From Mayamaea pseudoterrestris (taxonomy: Eukaryota), in NCBI GenBank assembly GCA_027923505.1, contig BROI01000005.1, positions 1,054,001 through 1,118,000 of the forward strand: a stretch of 64,000 nt of DNA, written 5' to 3'. The first letter of the stretch is position 1, and every line of letters begins with the position of its first letter. The translations under genes were made by a program, and so were the position numbers. Below the pieces are notes generated by a model that was not told where the DNA came from, ran no database searches, and was given only the letters and a program-made list of their open reading frames with translations. Positions 24,110 through 36,553 of this stretch are shown piece after piece.

Positions 24110-25228
24110 ATGACGGAATCAAGCAGCACCAAGATCGTTTTTCCGCTAAAGACACTCTCTGTTCTTGGCTCTACCGGCACCATTACCTTCGATGAAGCGA
24201 TCCAGTTCGACAAGGAGCTCCTCCAAAATGCGCGCTCCGTCACCAGTCAATACGGCAACGGCGGCGTCGGCCACGTTCACTTGGTAGTCACACCAGCTGA
24301 GTACGCTCTACGCTCTGCGCAAGTTTATGCTCCTGTGGCCTTCCCGGTGCTCGACATTGCCGCAGGAGCTACTGGCGCCCAGATCGCCGAGGCCAACCGC
24401 GCGTTCAACGCCGCCCTCAGCGCTTTCAACAAGAACAACTTGGTCACCACGGCTCTGATTGCGCAAGTCGTCAAGGCGATTCCTTCCATCTATCTTCAGT
24501 CTTTGGAGGACCCCGCCACGGGAATGGAGGAAGTCACCATCCTTCAGCTTCGCCAGCACATCAAAGCTGAGTACGGCACCGCCACGCCGCAGCAAGTCGC
24601 GGCAAACTACGCCATGGCGAGCGACCCGTTCAACCTCAGCGAGCCAGTCGAAACGTACACTGGCAAGATGGAGCGCATTCGTCGCCTTGCAGCAGCAACC
24701 ACCAATCCGATGTCGGACGCCGCCTCCATCCGTTTCGACGTGGCCGCCATGGCTGCAACCGGCCAGTTCAAAGCCGACTTGCACGCGCGCGCCATTGAGC
24801 AACAGATCCCAGGACAAGCTGATGAAACGTGGCCAGCCTTCGTCTCTTGGCTCAAGCGTGTAGACAAAGCTCACCACCAGGAGAAGACTGTTGCAGATGC
24901 TGGATACTTGGCGCAGGCAAACTTTGCGTCCGCTGTCGCAGCTGCTGTCCGAGAGCAAATCGCTGCGACACACCGTGCGCCGGCAAATCCGCCGCCACCG
25001 CTGCCCAACAACAACAATCAGGGCAACAACGGCAACAACAACAACGGCAACAACGCTCCTCGCGTCAAGAAGTACTGTCATTCTCATGGCTACTGTGGAC
25101 ATACAAGCATGCAGTGCAACCGTCGCAGTCCAGGCCACCAAGAGGCAGCAACTAGTGCCAACAAGATGGGCGGCAACGAAACCAACTTCGTCTACCGCAA
25201 CCAACGCAGTCGCGCGCAAGGAGAATAG
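24110..25228 (+). CDS. gag: Retrotransposon Gag
   Basis: GGVGHVHLV motif; non-canonical zinc knuckle YCHSHGYCGHTSMQC; ends in TAG in frame with pol. Confidence 0.9.
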   Translation: MTESSSTKIVFPLKTLSVLGSTGTITFDEAIQFDKELLQNARSVTSQYGNGGVGHVHLVVTPAEYALRSAQVYAPVAFPVLDIAAGATGAQIAEANRAFNAALSAFNKNNLVTTALIAQVVKAIPSIYLQSLEDPATGMEEVTILQLRQHIKAEYGTATPQQVAANYAMASDPFNLSEPVETYTGKMERIRRLAAATTNPMSDAASIRFDVAAMAATGQFKADLHARAIEQQIPGQADETWPAFVSWLKRVDKAHHQEKTVADAGYLAQANFASAVAAAVREQIAATHRAPANPPPPLPNNNNQGNNGNNNNGNNAPRVKKYCHSHGYCGHTSMQCNRRSPGHQEAATSANKMGGNETNFVYRNQRSRAQGE

Positions 25229-28200
25229 GCCGGAGGGACGGCATCTACAAGTAGTTCATTTAATAAGCTTGAGTTAAATGAACTTGATGTCTCCTCCCCG
25301 CCTATATCTCTAGCCATAGCCGACACTGGATGTACTGGACACTACATCTCGTGCCAGTTGCCGTTCACCAACCGGCAACCCGCCAATCCCAGTCTTACCG
25401 TCCACGTTCCTAACGGAACAACAATGCATTCCACTCATACTGTTCAACTAGACCTTCCCGGTTGCTCCTAGGAGGCTTGCAAGGCGCACGTTTTCCCCGA
25501 AATGATGCAGTCACTAATCTCCATCCGCCAACTTTGTGACGACGGCTGCTCCACGCTATTTACCGACACTGCAGTCACTGTTACCAAAGGAGATAAAGTG
25601 ATCCTTGCAGGGACTCCCAGTACTGACACCAAGCTTTGGACCGTCAACATGCAGCGTCCTACTGGCAGCCCAGCAGCCAGCGTCAATTACGCACTCAACA
25701 TGTACCAACCGCTCAACACAGTGGCCGACCGCGTCGCCTACGTTAGCGCTTGTCTGGGTTACCCTACAGTCTCTACGCTTTGCAAGGCTTTGGACGCCGG
25801 GCGGCTTACTACTTTTCCTGCCATCACATCGGCCCAAGTCAAAGCTTTTCCGCCCCGCACTACCGCAACAGCAAAGGGTCACCTCGACCAGACGCGCAAG
25901 AACCACCGCAGCACCAAGCAAGCCAACTCAGTTACAGTCACCGCGGATGAGCTCGCCATTGATATGAACCCGCCGCCAAATGATCCGCCAACTCTTCGTT
26001 CCATGCGAGTTTACGCCAATTATACCAAAGCGACAGGCAAGATCCATTCCGATTTAACAGGACGATTCATGTTACCCTCCAGCTCTGGCAACACAGTCAT
26101 GCTTGTTGTCTATGATGAAGATAGCAACGCCATCCTAGTCGAACCAATGAAGAACAAGAGCGGCGCCAGCATCCTGGCGGCGTATACCAGGATCCACAAG
26201 TTGCTCTGCGCTCGTGGCCTTAAACCACAGCTCCAGCGCCTCGACAACGAAGCATCTAAAGCTCTTAAAGACTACATGGTCTCTGAATCAGTTGATTACC
26301 AACTTGCACCGCCTCATATACACCGTCGCAACGCTGCGGAGCGAGCCATTCGCACGTTCATCAACCATTTTACGGCGACTCTTTGCGGCACTGATCCCAA
26401 GTTTCCATTACACCTTTGGGACAAGCTGCTCCCACAATGCGTCTTATCTCTTAATCTGTTAAGAGGATCCAGAATCAATCCAAAGCTCTCGGCTCATGCT
26501 CAATTACATGGCACGTTTGATTTCAACAAGACGCCGCTCGCACCCGCTGGCACTCGAGTCATCATCCATGAAAAGCCAAGCATTCGCGCCTCACATACAC
26601 CTCATGGTGTAGATGGTTATTACCTTGGACCAGCGCTTGAACATTACCGCTGCTATTGCGTGTATGCAACCGACACAAATGCCGAACGCATTGCTGACAC
26701 CCTTGCCTGGTTTCCTACTCAGACAATCATGCCCGTCGCCTCCAACCAAGACCTTCTCATTGCAGCCATTAAAGACATGACAAGCGCTCTTCGCAATTGG
26801 ACCACCACAAGTGGTCCCGTCCCTGCCAGTGACGCTGGTCACATGGAGGAGTTACGGCGTGTTGCCGCGGCACTAGCCACTCAGGTTGGTGCACCTGCGC
26901 CTGCAACCGCCGACTCCGCCCCGCCTGCGCTCCAGGCTGACCCACCAAGCATCCCTGCAGATGTGGCCCCGTCGCCATTGCCTACTCAACCCGCTCCAGC
27001 TACAGAAGCGCCCACTGCACCAGCTCCCAGGGTGGCCAATGAGAACGCGAACGCGAGTGCGACAGCTCCCAGGGTGCCGGATGCGAACGCGAACGCACCT
27101 ACTGCGACCACCGATGCGACACCTCCCAGGGTGGCCGCGGCCGATCCTGTTGTCGACTCCACCATGGCGCCCACCGCCGCTCGCGTACGTTTTAACTTGG
27201 AAACTACATCAGAGGAGCCCTGGACGTGTGTCAGTCGCACGAAGAACCCTGCGCAGCGGCGCAGCCTGCAGAAGAAGGAGCAGGCCGCCCGCCTGGCCAA
27301 GCTCACGGCCAACGAAGGATCCAACTTCCGTCGTGCCAGCCCTTACAAGAGCACCAAAGCAACGACTTACCTCCCAGTGGGCATCACACAGGCTGCCTAC
27401 ACGGAAGCCAAGCGCGGCACCCGCAGCGCCCATGGCATCAGTCGCCCTTCCGCCAAAAAGCTTCAAGCCAACACGGTTACCGACCCAGTCACAGGCGCCG
27501 CGCTTGAATATCGCCATCTCATTGCAGGCCCAGATTCTGCCCAATGGGAACGCAGCATGGCCATGGAAATCGGTAGACTTGCTTAAGGGTGTGCCAAGCA
27601 TGACACTAAAGACACCAACACGATGCGACTCATCAGCCCCAATGATGTGCCGGCTGGCCGCAAAGTCACCTATCCTCGCGTCGTTGTTGCCATTAAACCT
27701 GACAAAGCTGAAAAGCAAAGAGTACGCATCATGGCAGGAGGTGACAAGCTTGACTACAATGATATCACCGCGGCCCCTTGCGCCGACATTCCCCTTGTTA
27801 AGCTCCTGTTGAACAGCGTGCTCTCCACCCCAGGAGCAAAATTCATGGCCGCTGACATTAGCAACTTTTACCTCGGTACACCAATGCCTGCAAAGGAGTA
27901 CATGAACATCCCCGTTCGCCTTCTTCCCAATTGCATTAAAGCAGAATACAACATTGCACAAATCGAACGCAAAGGCAACGTCGTAGCGGAACTCAGCAAC
28001 ACGATTTACGGACTCAAACAAGCTGGTTACCTTTCCTACTTGCGTCTCCGCAAACTGCTGTGCTCGAATGGCTACAATGACTCTGAGCATGTACCAGGAC
28101 TCTTTATACACAAGACCCGCCCAGTGGCATTTGCTCTAGTGGTGGACGATTTTGGCATCCGCTATGTGGGCGACGAGCACGGCGAGCACTTGCTCAATGT

Positions 28201-29266
28201 CCTCCGCTCGCAGTACACTATTACAGTTGATAAAACAGGTATCACACTTAAATGGGACTATGACAAACGGATTTTGGAAATGAGCATTCCCAACTACGTC
28301 GCCAACGCGCTCAACCGATTCCAGCACCCGTATCCGTCCAAACAACAAGATGCTCCTCATCCTTGGACGGCCCCCGTTTATGGCGCCAAACAACAGTTTG
28401 TTGATGAAGACTGCACTGATCCCCTTCCTCCAGAAGGCTGCGTTCGCGTTCAACAAGTTTGCGGCGTTTTCCTCTTCTATGGGCGAGCCATTGACAACAC
28501 CATGCTCACGCCCGTCAATGAACTCGGCGCTGCCCAGGCCAAAGGCACAAAGAAGACTGAAGCTGCAATGGTTCAATTCCTTGATTACGCCGCTTGTCAT
28601 CCAGACGTGATCCTCGTCTTCCATGCCAGTGATATGGTCCTTCATTGCCACACAGACGCCTCCTACTTGACGGCCGCCAAAGCACGCTCCCGCATCGCTG
28701 CTTTCCATTTCCTCAGCTCCATGCCCACGGACCCCTTGAAAGCACCATCGCCTGATGCTCCTCCTCCTCCTGAAAATGGAGCAATCCACGTTGGATGCGA
28801 GCTATTGAAATGCGTCGTCTCCTCCGCCGCCAAGGCGGAGCTAGGCGGCGCCTTCCATTGCGCCAAAGACGCCACCGTTTTCCGCACAGCACTTGAAGAG
28901 CTCGGCCATCCTCAACCGCCAACGCTCATTCAAACAGATAACAGCTGCGTGGCAGGCATCGCCAATGGCACCGTCAAACACAAGCGCTCGAAAGCAATGG
29001 ACATGCGTTTCTACTGGATCAAGGATCGCATTGCTCAGGGCCAATTCATTCTCCATTGGCGCCGCGGTTGCGACAATTTAGCGGATTACTTTACCAAGCA
29101 CCATCCTGCAGTTCACCACCGCAAGATGCGCTCCCATTACGTAAAGGATCCTCCCAAGGCAACAGTCTCTCCCGAGACACCTTCCTTGCCAGGGTGTGTT
29201 GATACTCCACTTCCGGGTTCCTTATCCGGTATCCAAGGAAGCTGCACTGGCTCGGCTTCCACCTAA
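25229..29266 (+). pseudogene. pol: Retrotransposon Pol (PR-IN-RT-RNase H), one reading frame with two internal stops
   Basis: PR IADTGCT; IN HSDLTG..RLDNE..NAAERAI; RT ADISNFY, YGLKQAG, LVVDDF; RH HTDAS, QTDN, NLADYFTK; in-frame TAG 25469-25471 and TAA 27584-27586. Confidence 0.9.
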
Positions 29267-29465
29267 GTGAAGCCTCCACCGTTGCCCCGCACATGTGTTT
29301 TAGTTATGCCTCAGCGACAGGCGGTTAGATCAGCGAGCCAACCGAGGTTCCCACCGGTCACAAGTAGCGATAGAACTCGGCAGGCAGTGCGACAATTGCC
29401 GCTCATAATAAATTCACGTCAATCGTTTTGATCATTCCTAGTGTCTCCCCATAGAGGCATCGACA
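29197..29465 (+). repeat. 3' LTR (269 bp)
   Basis: TGTTGAT...ATCGACA followed by TSD GTCCA; the pol stop codon lies inside it. Confidence 0.97.
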
Positions 29466-29794
29466 GTCCATCCTGCTGAACTGCTGAAGGGTGGCTGAGG
29501 CTAAGCATAATCGGCCGAAATTTTGGAGTGGACCTGTTAGCGACGTCGGGTGCAGATATTTGCACAACGCATTCTCTTTACAGAATGTACTTGTATCCGA
29601 TTTGCCTGCCTTTAGCTGATAGGACGGTAAACAATTGTGCTACGGCGAGAATAAGATGAGTCATGCAAAACCGATGCGACACAATACCGCATCTGGTCAT
29701 CAACATCAACTGCTCGACGATCTTTTATTCTCTCACATTGATTCGTCGTTCGAAACTCTATTCTCCTGCGCTAAAGGCATTGTTCGCGTTCACA

Positions 29795-30565
29795 ATGCAG
29801 TTGTATTTGTTCAAGTTTGTCTCGCTTCTGCTCTATATTTTGACGGCGGCATCGGGAATGATGGACAAGGCGACAGGAATTACTTTTCGGAAGGAAGTTG
29901 ATGGTCTCGCGTTGTTTGGCGTTGGTGTGCGAAAGGTGCGTATATACTTACCATTCGGTTTGAGACGATTAAAGTATTTCTGTATTTTTGTTGTAAAAAT
30001 GACATCTCTTTGTTTCACTTCGCAACAGAAAGGACCGATCAAGGTGTATTCCATAGCAGCATACTCCAAGCCTACCTTGAAGGAACAAATGCAGGGACTG
30101 GATGAGAAGCAGGCGATCGACTGCCTCAAGGAAGGTCCTACAACATTTTGCATCGAAATGGCATTTAAAGTAGGAGCCGAGAAGATGGCCGCTGCAATCG
30201 CGGAAGCAGGTAGGAAAAATGCATCAGGAATGCTTCATTTGTGGTCTGTATGGAAGCGCATCACTCATTGCCTTGCCGTTGATCCTACTTTCTCATTAGT
30301 AAAAGGTGATGCGTCGGATGTGAATGATCTGAAGGAGAAAATATTGCATGGACTCCAGAAGAAAGGTGCGGCGACCAAGGGTACGACCTTGCAGTTTACT
30401 TGCGATGGTGCTGGTGTGGATATTGCCGTTGATGGGAAGTCTCAAGGCAAGGTTGCATCGGCTTCTCTCAGCAAAGCATTCTGTGATGTTTATCTCGGAG
30501 ACAAGGCCGTTTCGCCGGCACTGCGAAGCAGCATCTTGGAACACTGTGCCAATACGACAAAGTAG
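29795..30565 (+). CDS. Chalcone-isomerase-fold (fatty-acid-binding FAP-like) protein; predicted exons 29795-29935, 30029-30209, 30300-30565
   Basis: DKATGITF, LFGVGVRK|KGPIKVYS and LSKAFCDVYLGDKAVSPALR motifs; N-terminal signal peptide; two in-frame GT-AG introns. Confidence 0.8.
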   Translation: MQLYLFKFVSLLLYILTAASGMMDKATGITFRKEVDGLALFGVGVRKVRIYLPFGLRRLKYFCIFVVKMTSLCFTSQQKGPIKVYSIAAYSKPTLKEQMQGLDEKQAIDCLKEGPTTFCIEMAFKVGAEKMAAAIAEAGRKNASGMLHLWSVWKRITHCLAVDPTFSLVKGDASDVNDLKEKILHGLQKKGAATKGTTLQFTCDGAGVDIAVDGKSQGKVASASLSKAFCDVYLGDKAVSPALRSSILEHCANTTK

Positions 30566-31068
30566 AGGCTGATATATTTAGTTTTTGCAAAGCTGTCGCC
30601 CATTAAACATCGCTAATTGATTCTGTAGAGTTCTGCTCTGTCAGTCACCGATTAGTGTATCAGAGCATGATTAAACCACCACTACGGAAACCATGACGCC
30701 ATGCAGAGACAAGCTGCGGAAAATTGGGGACTTCATCTCAGCTGCAAGGGAAACGGGCACACCATGGCTTAATGTTGATGTACTAAACTATTTGCGAATT
30801 GTCGAGGTAGACATAAGAGTAACTTCTGGTGCGCTAGGCTGAATTTTCTTGGACGAGCACACCTCCCGGTACGGTACAAGTATCAAGTAAACTATTGTAT
30901 ACGAGTAGTAGCTGGACAGTGCACCGTGTCGCAACGTTATCTAATACGTCCCTGCGCATCGTCGGTCGACGATGGGAGAAGATTTTTGCGGCCATAATTC
31001 CATTGATAACGGTGCATACATCTATTTCCAACGATATTCCTTTTTGCCTGCAAATAAGAGTCAACGTC

Positions 31069-33965
31069 ATGGCGCCCAAGGACAAGAACGTTGCAATAAT
31101 CATGTCCGATTCGACCAAGAAGGAAGACGCTAGCACCAACGCCAAGAAAAAGGCCGAAAGCCTTCAGCCTGACCTTGATACCATGAGCGACGAGGACAAG
31201 ATACTCAAGGAGCGTTTGGAGACCTGCGTATCGACCCTTATTAATGAAAACCAAGAAGCAGCAGTGACGATTCCTATTCGCCTCAAGGCGCTCGAGGTGA
31301 TTGTCACGGAGCTTCGCACATCTACCAGCAGCATGACATCGGTCCCCAAGCCGCTCAAGTTTCTGCGGCCGCATTTCGGTGTTCTCAAGACTCTTTACAC
31401 CGAGTTCGAAGGTGGCTCCGATGCTCTAGACATTGATGGATTGGAGCTTCGCGCAAGGCTAGCTGATGTACTCGCTGTCCTGGCCTTGACTATGGGCACG
31501 CCGGAGGAACGAGAAAGTCTTTCGTTTAAGCTTAAGAGCGCCAAGGATCACAAGGCGCTGCTGGACCGTGGAGCCGAATCCAAGTATCTGGATGACAGTC
31601 TTGGATCATGGGGCCACGAGTTTGTTCGCACATTGGCTGGAGAGATTGGGCAAGAGTACGCTGCGCGCGTAGTAGATGGAGCCGACCCAGACGACGATGT
31701 TGCCTTTGAGGACTTGTTTCAAATGGTGGACGACATTGTTCCATTTCACCTAACGCATAATGCAGAAGCGGAAGCTGTCGATTTGCTTATTGAGGTTCAG
31801 CGTCTTACGAAGCTGCTCGAATTGGATGCTGTCGATGAAAAGAATTTTAATCGCATATGTCTCTACCTCACCAAGACTGCTGCATACATTTCTGATCCAG
31901 ACGATGTTGAGGTAAGCAATTTCAAATGCTAATAATTGAAAAGTGGTTTCGACGTATCGTTTGGCCAACTTCTCGTAAACGTTTTATACAGGAAATGTTG
32001 GAGACGGCGTATGAGATTTTTCGCAAACAAGGACATTACTTTGACGCTCTTCGCGTCACTTTGAAAATGGGCCGAACGGGTAATATAACCGGCCTTTTAA
32101 AGGATTGCGAGGACGCTTTGGTGCGCAAGCAAATGTGCATGCTTCTCGGTCGTCACCGCGTCAATTATGAGGTCGACGAGAGCGAAATTGAAGCGGATGA
32201 TGTTGCAGTCTTAAACGAATTGATCGGCAACGAAAAACTTAGCGAACACTTTATCAAACTCGCGCAAGATCTCGATGTCATGGATCCTAAGACGCCAGAG
32301 GATATATACAAATCTCATTTGGCCGAGACTGCGGGTTTCTCGCGTCGTCGTGAGACCGGGGCCCAAGTCGATTCCGCTCGAGCAAATCTTGCGAGTACCT
32401 TTGTCAACGCTTTTGTTAACGCGGGGTTTGGACAAGACAAGCTCATGACTCCCAACAATGAGTGGCTGTACAAGAACAAAGACCATGGCATGCTTTCGGC
32501 AGCTGCATCACTCGGAATGATTCTCCTTTGGAATGTTGAGGAAGGGTTGACGCAAGTTGATAAATTTCTGTACTCGTCGGAAGAGTATGTCAAAGCAGGA
32601 GCGGCATTGGCTGTTGGTATTCTTTCTAGTGGAGTCAGGAACGATGCTGATCCAGCCCTGGCGCTTTTAACGGAACATGTTGAGAGTGATGTGCACATTA
32701 TGAAGTGCGCTGCCAGTAGTGGTCTTGGCATTGCCTACGCGGGCATGGCACGAGATGATGTCATGGAGGTTCTTTTGCCTGTCGTTGAGCAAACTGGTGG
32801 CGGTCCATCTGGTATGATGCAGGTTTGCCAGGCTGGTTTAGCTCTTGGCATGATTTTTGTTGGTACATGTGATGACAATGTCGGTGGATCGATTGTTCAG
32901 CGTCTTATGGAGGCGTCAGAGGAAGAACTGAGTCATTCGCACGCTCGTTTCTTATGTTTGGGTCTTGCTCTTTTGTTCCTCGGACAAGAGGAAAAGGCGG
33001 AAGCGATGATTGAAGCGCTTCGTACGATTGACCACACGCTTTCAAAGTATGCAGTGGTCATGTTGGAAACGTGCGCATACACTGGAAGTGGAAACGTTCT
33101 CAAGGTGCAGGAGATGTTGCATCAGTGCTCTGAGCACTTGTCAGACAATGCGGAGCATCAAATGGCTGCCGTCATGGGTATTGGACTTATCACCATGGGC
33201 GAAGAAGTCGGCACCGAGATGGCACTTAGGACGTTCGATCACTTGCTGCATTACTGCGAATTGCCCATCAAGCGCGCAGTTCCGTTGGCACTCGGAGCGT
33301 TGCATATTTCAAACCCCGACTTCGCAGTTGTTGATCAACTATCTAGGCTGTCCCATGATCCAGATTCGGAGCTTTCCCAGAATGCAATCCTAGCCCTCGG
33401 ACTTGCCAGCGCGGGCACGAATAATTCAAGGGTCGCTGGCCTTTTGCGACAGCTTAGTGAATTTTATAGCAAAGAAGCGGGCCATGTTTTTTGCGTCCGT
33501 ATTTCGCAGGGTCTTTTGCACATGGGCAAAGGGTTGATGACGTTGAATCCATTCCATTCGGATAAGGTGCTCTTAAACGGAGCAGCTATGGGAGGGGTGC
33601 TTGTATTGCTGCATTCATGTCTAGACTTGAAGAATACAATTCTCGACAAGACGCACTATCTCTTATATTACCTAACGGGCGCAATGAACCCACGCATGCT
33701 CATTACTGTCGACGAGGAATTAAAATGGAAATCTGTCACTGTACGAGTCGGCCAGGCCGTCGAGACGGTTGGTCAAGCAGGTAAGCCGAAGCGAATTACT
33801 GGCTTCCAGACGCACAGCACTCCTGTATTGCTTGCGCAGCCAGAACGAGCGGAGCTTGGAACGGAGGAAGTTATTGCCGTCAGTAGCGTCCTCGAAGGAA
33901 TCGTTATTGTCAAGGATAACCCTGAATTTGAAGCGGAAGAAAAGGACGACAAGAAGAAAAAGTAA
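31069..33965 (+). CDS. RPN1: 26S proteasome regulatory subunit Rpn1; exons 31069-31911, 31992-33965
   Basis: TSSMTSVPKPLKFLRPH, WGHEFVR, DSARANLASTFVNAFVNAGFG and VRVGQAVETVGQAGKPKRITGFQTH motifs. Confidence 0.97.
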
Positions 33966-34119
33966 ATAAACTAAGTATATCTATTCTGCAGAGTAAAGAC
34001 TGGAGTGCATACGTAGTTTAGTGTGGCCTAGGTTCGTACTGTATATCATACAACCTCATCAACCTATGGATGATTGCAACAACTACCCGAGCGAGACATT
34101 TAAGACACCAGGCATCTCG

Positions 34120-35763
34120 TTATGACTCAATTGCATCATAGATCTCATCAATTTTACGTGCTTGTCGGAACCGAGACATGGCCTGGCTGAGTTCGCCAAG
34201 GAAAATATCTACATCCACCAAGGCTGCTCCCGCAGATAATTCACCCGACTCTCCACATAGCCGTTCACTCACATCTGGTGTCTCATCATAAGCTCTGACC
34301 TCATGCGCTGCAGGCAATGCTTGCAAGTATTGCTTCAGTTCGCTTAGCAGGGAACTTGCATGTGCAGAATCAACACGGCTGCGGAATGTCTGAGCCGTCG
34401 CTGTCAATTGTCGTGTATTGGTTTTCTCAATTTGTCGACAAGGGCTTATCTCCCCTTTTCCAGCATAAACCATTGTCCGAGACTCCGCCATTGCAATTAG
34501 CAAATCATCTTTTGTCTGTGAAGCGCTTTCTTGCGCGACGTATTCTACAGGGCCGGCAGTAGCAGCCGATGCGTAAGTAGTCAAAAGCGGGTCGGCGGTT
34601 ATTTGCTTTAATCCTTGTCTACTCCCTTCGCTTCGAGCCAGTTTTGAATAGAAGGCAGGTGTCATTTTCTGGAATAGCATTTTCAGTTCTTCCATCCTCC
34701 GCACCACTTCGGCCCAACATTCAGTTCCTTCCACTTGACTACCGCGATCGACGATAATCTTGTGCTCAAACAAGGTGATCTGCAAATCCTTGACTTTAGA
34801 CTGCAGCAACTCGATTGCTCGCTTTTCTGGCGAAAGAGTTCGTATATACATCGTTGTCGTTGGTATTTGATATGACAAAGCTCCTTCAAGAAACGCGGCG
34901 TGTTTCCTTGCTGTTTGCAGTAATGTTTCCATCAGACGACGTCTGTGTTCCACAACAACTTTCGCTCGCAATCCACCTTGCGTATCAAAGAGGTCAGCCG
35001 CTAAGGTGGCCACGCCAGTGGCAAGTTGATTTCGAGCCATTCGAATCCAGGAAAGCGTGATTACAGTCGGTTGCTCCACATCATCCCTTACATCCAGTAA
35101 TTGGTTTAACGTTAATCGGTGTGCCAACAAGATACCAGCCAAAGCTCTTCGGATTGATGCCAGCGAAACATTCGGTTTGCTTGATTCTGTCGACAACTCT
35201 AAAGCAACTCTCTCTATCCGATCGATGTTCGGGCAGCATGTTCCCAAGTGATATTGCAATGAAGTGGCTGACCGCAAATGTAGCAGTGCCGAATCAATCC
35301 TTCCTATCAGCGATACATGCGCTTGCAGCGTCTCTTCCAAAAGATCTAATTCTTGACTTGTGGCAATATTGTTGTCCGATTTAACTTCGATTGGCGAGAG
35401 AGACGGCAGATCAAATTCGCCAATGGATCCGAGCAACCTGTAAATCCGCATTCGAGTTTCTTGATTGCGAAAGCTCATCCGTTGATCCATCAATCGAGTG
35501 TTGAAGCAGATAAACAGATGAATTATATATAGAGCCGCAAGAAACACCGCAACATGTTGTAGAACTAGCTGTAAGGAAGGGGTGCCGGTAGCAGCAGCAA
35601 CGACGACGAGCAAGAGCTGCGCTATAAAAATCGGTACCGCTGCGCTAGTCCGTCGCCAATCACTGATTATTATTGGTGATTCTTTCTCTGCACACACCGA
35701 TGGCTGTCCTTCATTATCGTCTCCATCTTCGCTCAAGTATTTGTCTAATGTAGGATGCAGCAT
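34120..35763 (-). CDS. Hypothetical protein with two N-terminal TM segments
   Basis: 547-aa ORF; two hydrophobic stretches followed by helical regions; no family recognised. Confidence 0.65.
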   Translation of the reverse strand: MLHPTLDKYLSEDGDDNEGQPSVCAEKESPIIISDWRRTSAAVPIFIAQLLLVVVAAATGTPSLQLVLQHVAVFLAALYIIHLFICFNTRLMDQRMSFRNQETRMRIYRLLGSIGEFDLPSLSPIEVKSDNNIATSQELDLLEETLQAHVSLIGRIDSALLHLRSATSLQYHLGTCCPNIDRIERVALELSTESSKPNVSLASIRRALAGILLAHRLTLNQLLDVRDDVEQPTVITLSWIRMARNQLATGVATLAADLFDTQGGLRAKVVVEHRRRLMETLLQTARKHAAFLEGALSYQIPTTTMYIRTLSPEKRAIELLQSKVKDLQITLFEHKIIVDRGSQVEGTECWAEVVRRMEELKMLFQKMTPAFYSKLARSEGSRQGLKQITADPLLTTYASAATAGPVEYVAQESASQTKDDLLIAMAESRTMVYAGKGEISPCRQIEKTNTRQLTATAQTFRSRVDSAHASSLLSELKQYLQALPAAHEVRAYDETPDVSERLCGESGELSAGAALVDVDIFLGELSQAMSRFRQARKIDEIYDAIES

Positions 35764-36553
35764 CGATCACTACGTGGGAAGGTGAATGAGGCAAAGAAAA
35801 AAAAGGCACGATAAATAAATCATGAAATTGAGTGCCGGTAGGATGCTGCTCGGATGACGCGACGGCAGCTATCACCGGTCTGAACAAAAGTCGCGCGACA
35901 ACTTTCATCATCCATATTATGTCGAAAGCTGACCTTAATCATCATTTCTTCTTGTTGCCATTTAGTCTGCGCCAAGTGTTTCAGGTTGTCGACGCTCCCT
36001 TTCTACCTAGATTGTGTTGGTCATTTGAGTGCGAGCCTTTACACACATTTGTGTACATCATCAGTATATGTTTTACACAGACCAGCCTGCCGGGAGAGTC
36101 GCGTGAATCAAAAACGCAATATATGCATAGGCGAGCAGCGATTACAAAGTAGTAAACTACCAATACCTTCGCCGCCGCATTCCATGGATAGCTTCCTGGG
36201 ACTTTGAATCACGAACGAAAATGTCAACGGAGTGGTTTGAACGAAAAAGATGTTTCCTTGCCCGACTGGCGCGCCCAATAATTGCAAACAATGACTTCCA
36301 ACGGCCGTTCAGCCGTTGATATTCGACGGGCGAGACATTCACGGCACCGCAGCACAATGGGAGCCTTACCACTTGCTTCATCCTGTTTTCGATTTCGCCT
36401 TGGCGCTCCATTTGCTGTTTAAGTGGTTGATAACACACGACAAGAACTCTATTAATTGGACACTTTGTAGACGTGCTTGCGGCCCAGATTTAGTTTCTTG
36501 GAACAATCGACACAGGTCAGAGTCATCCTTTGTCGGTGCGAGAGACTGCCAAG

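Larger units (their letters stand above)
23653..29465 (+). mobile_element. Full-length Ty1/copia (CoDi-like) LTR retrotransposon, probably defective
   Basis: Two 269-bp LTRs (TG..CA); 5-bp TSD GTCCA (23648-23652 and 29466-29470); gag, then PR-IN-RT-RH domain order. Confidence 0.97.

Noticed and set aside
24308..28789. Long antisense and alternate-frame ORFs within the retrotransposon (303, 308, 300, 217 aa)
   Set aside because: Shadow ORFs of GC-rich gag/pol codons with no motifs of their own.
35800..36550. Small ORFs between the TM protein and ABHD17-like genes
   Set aside because: Short and motif-free; consistent with a divergent promoter/UTR region.
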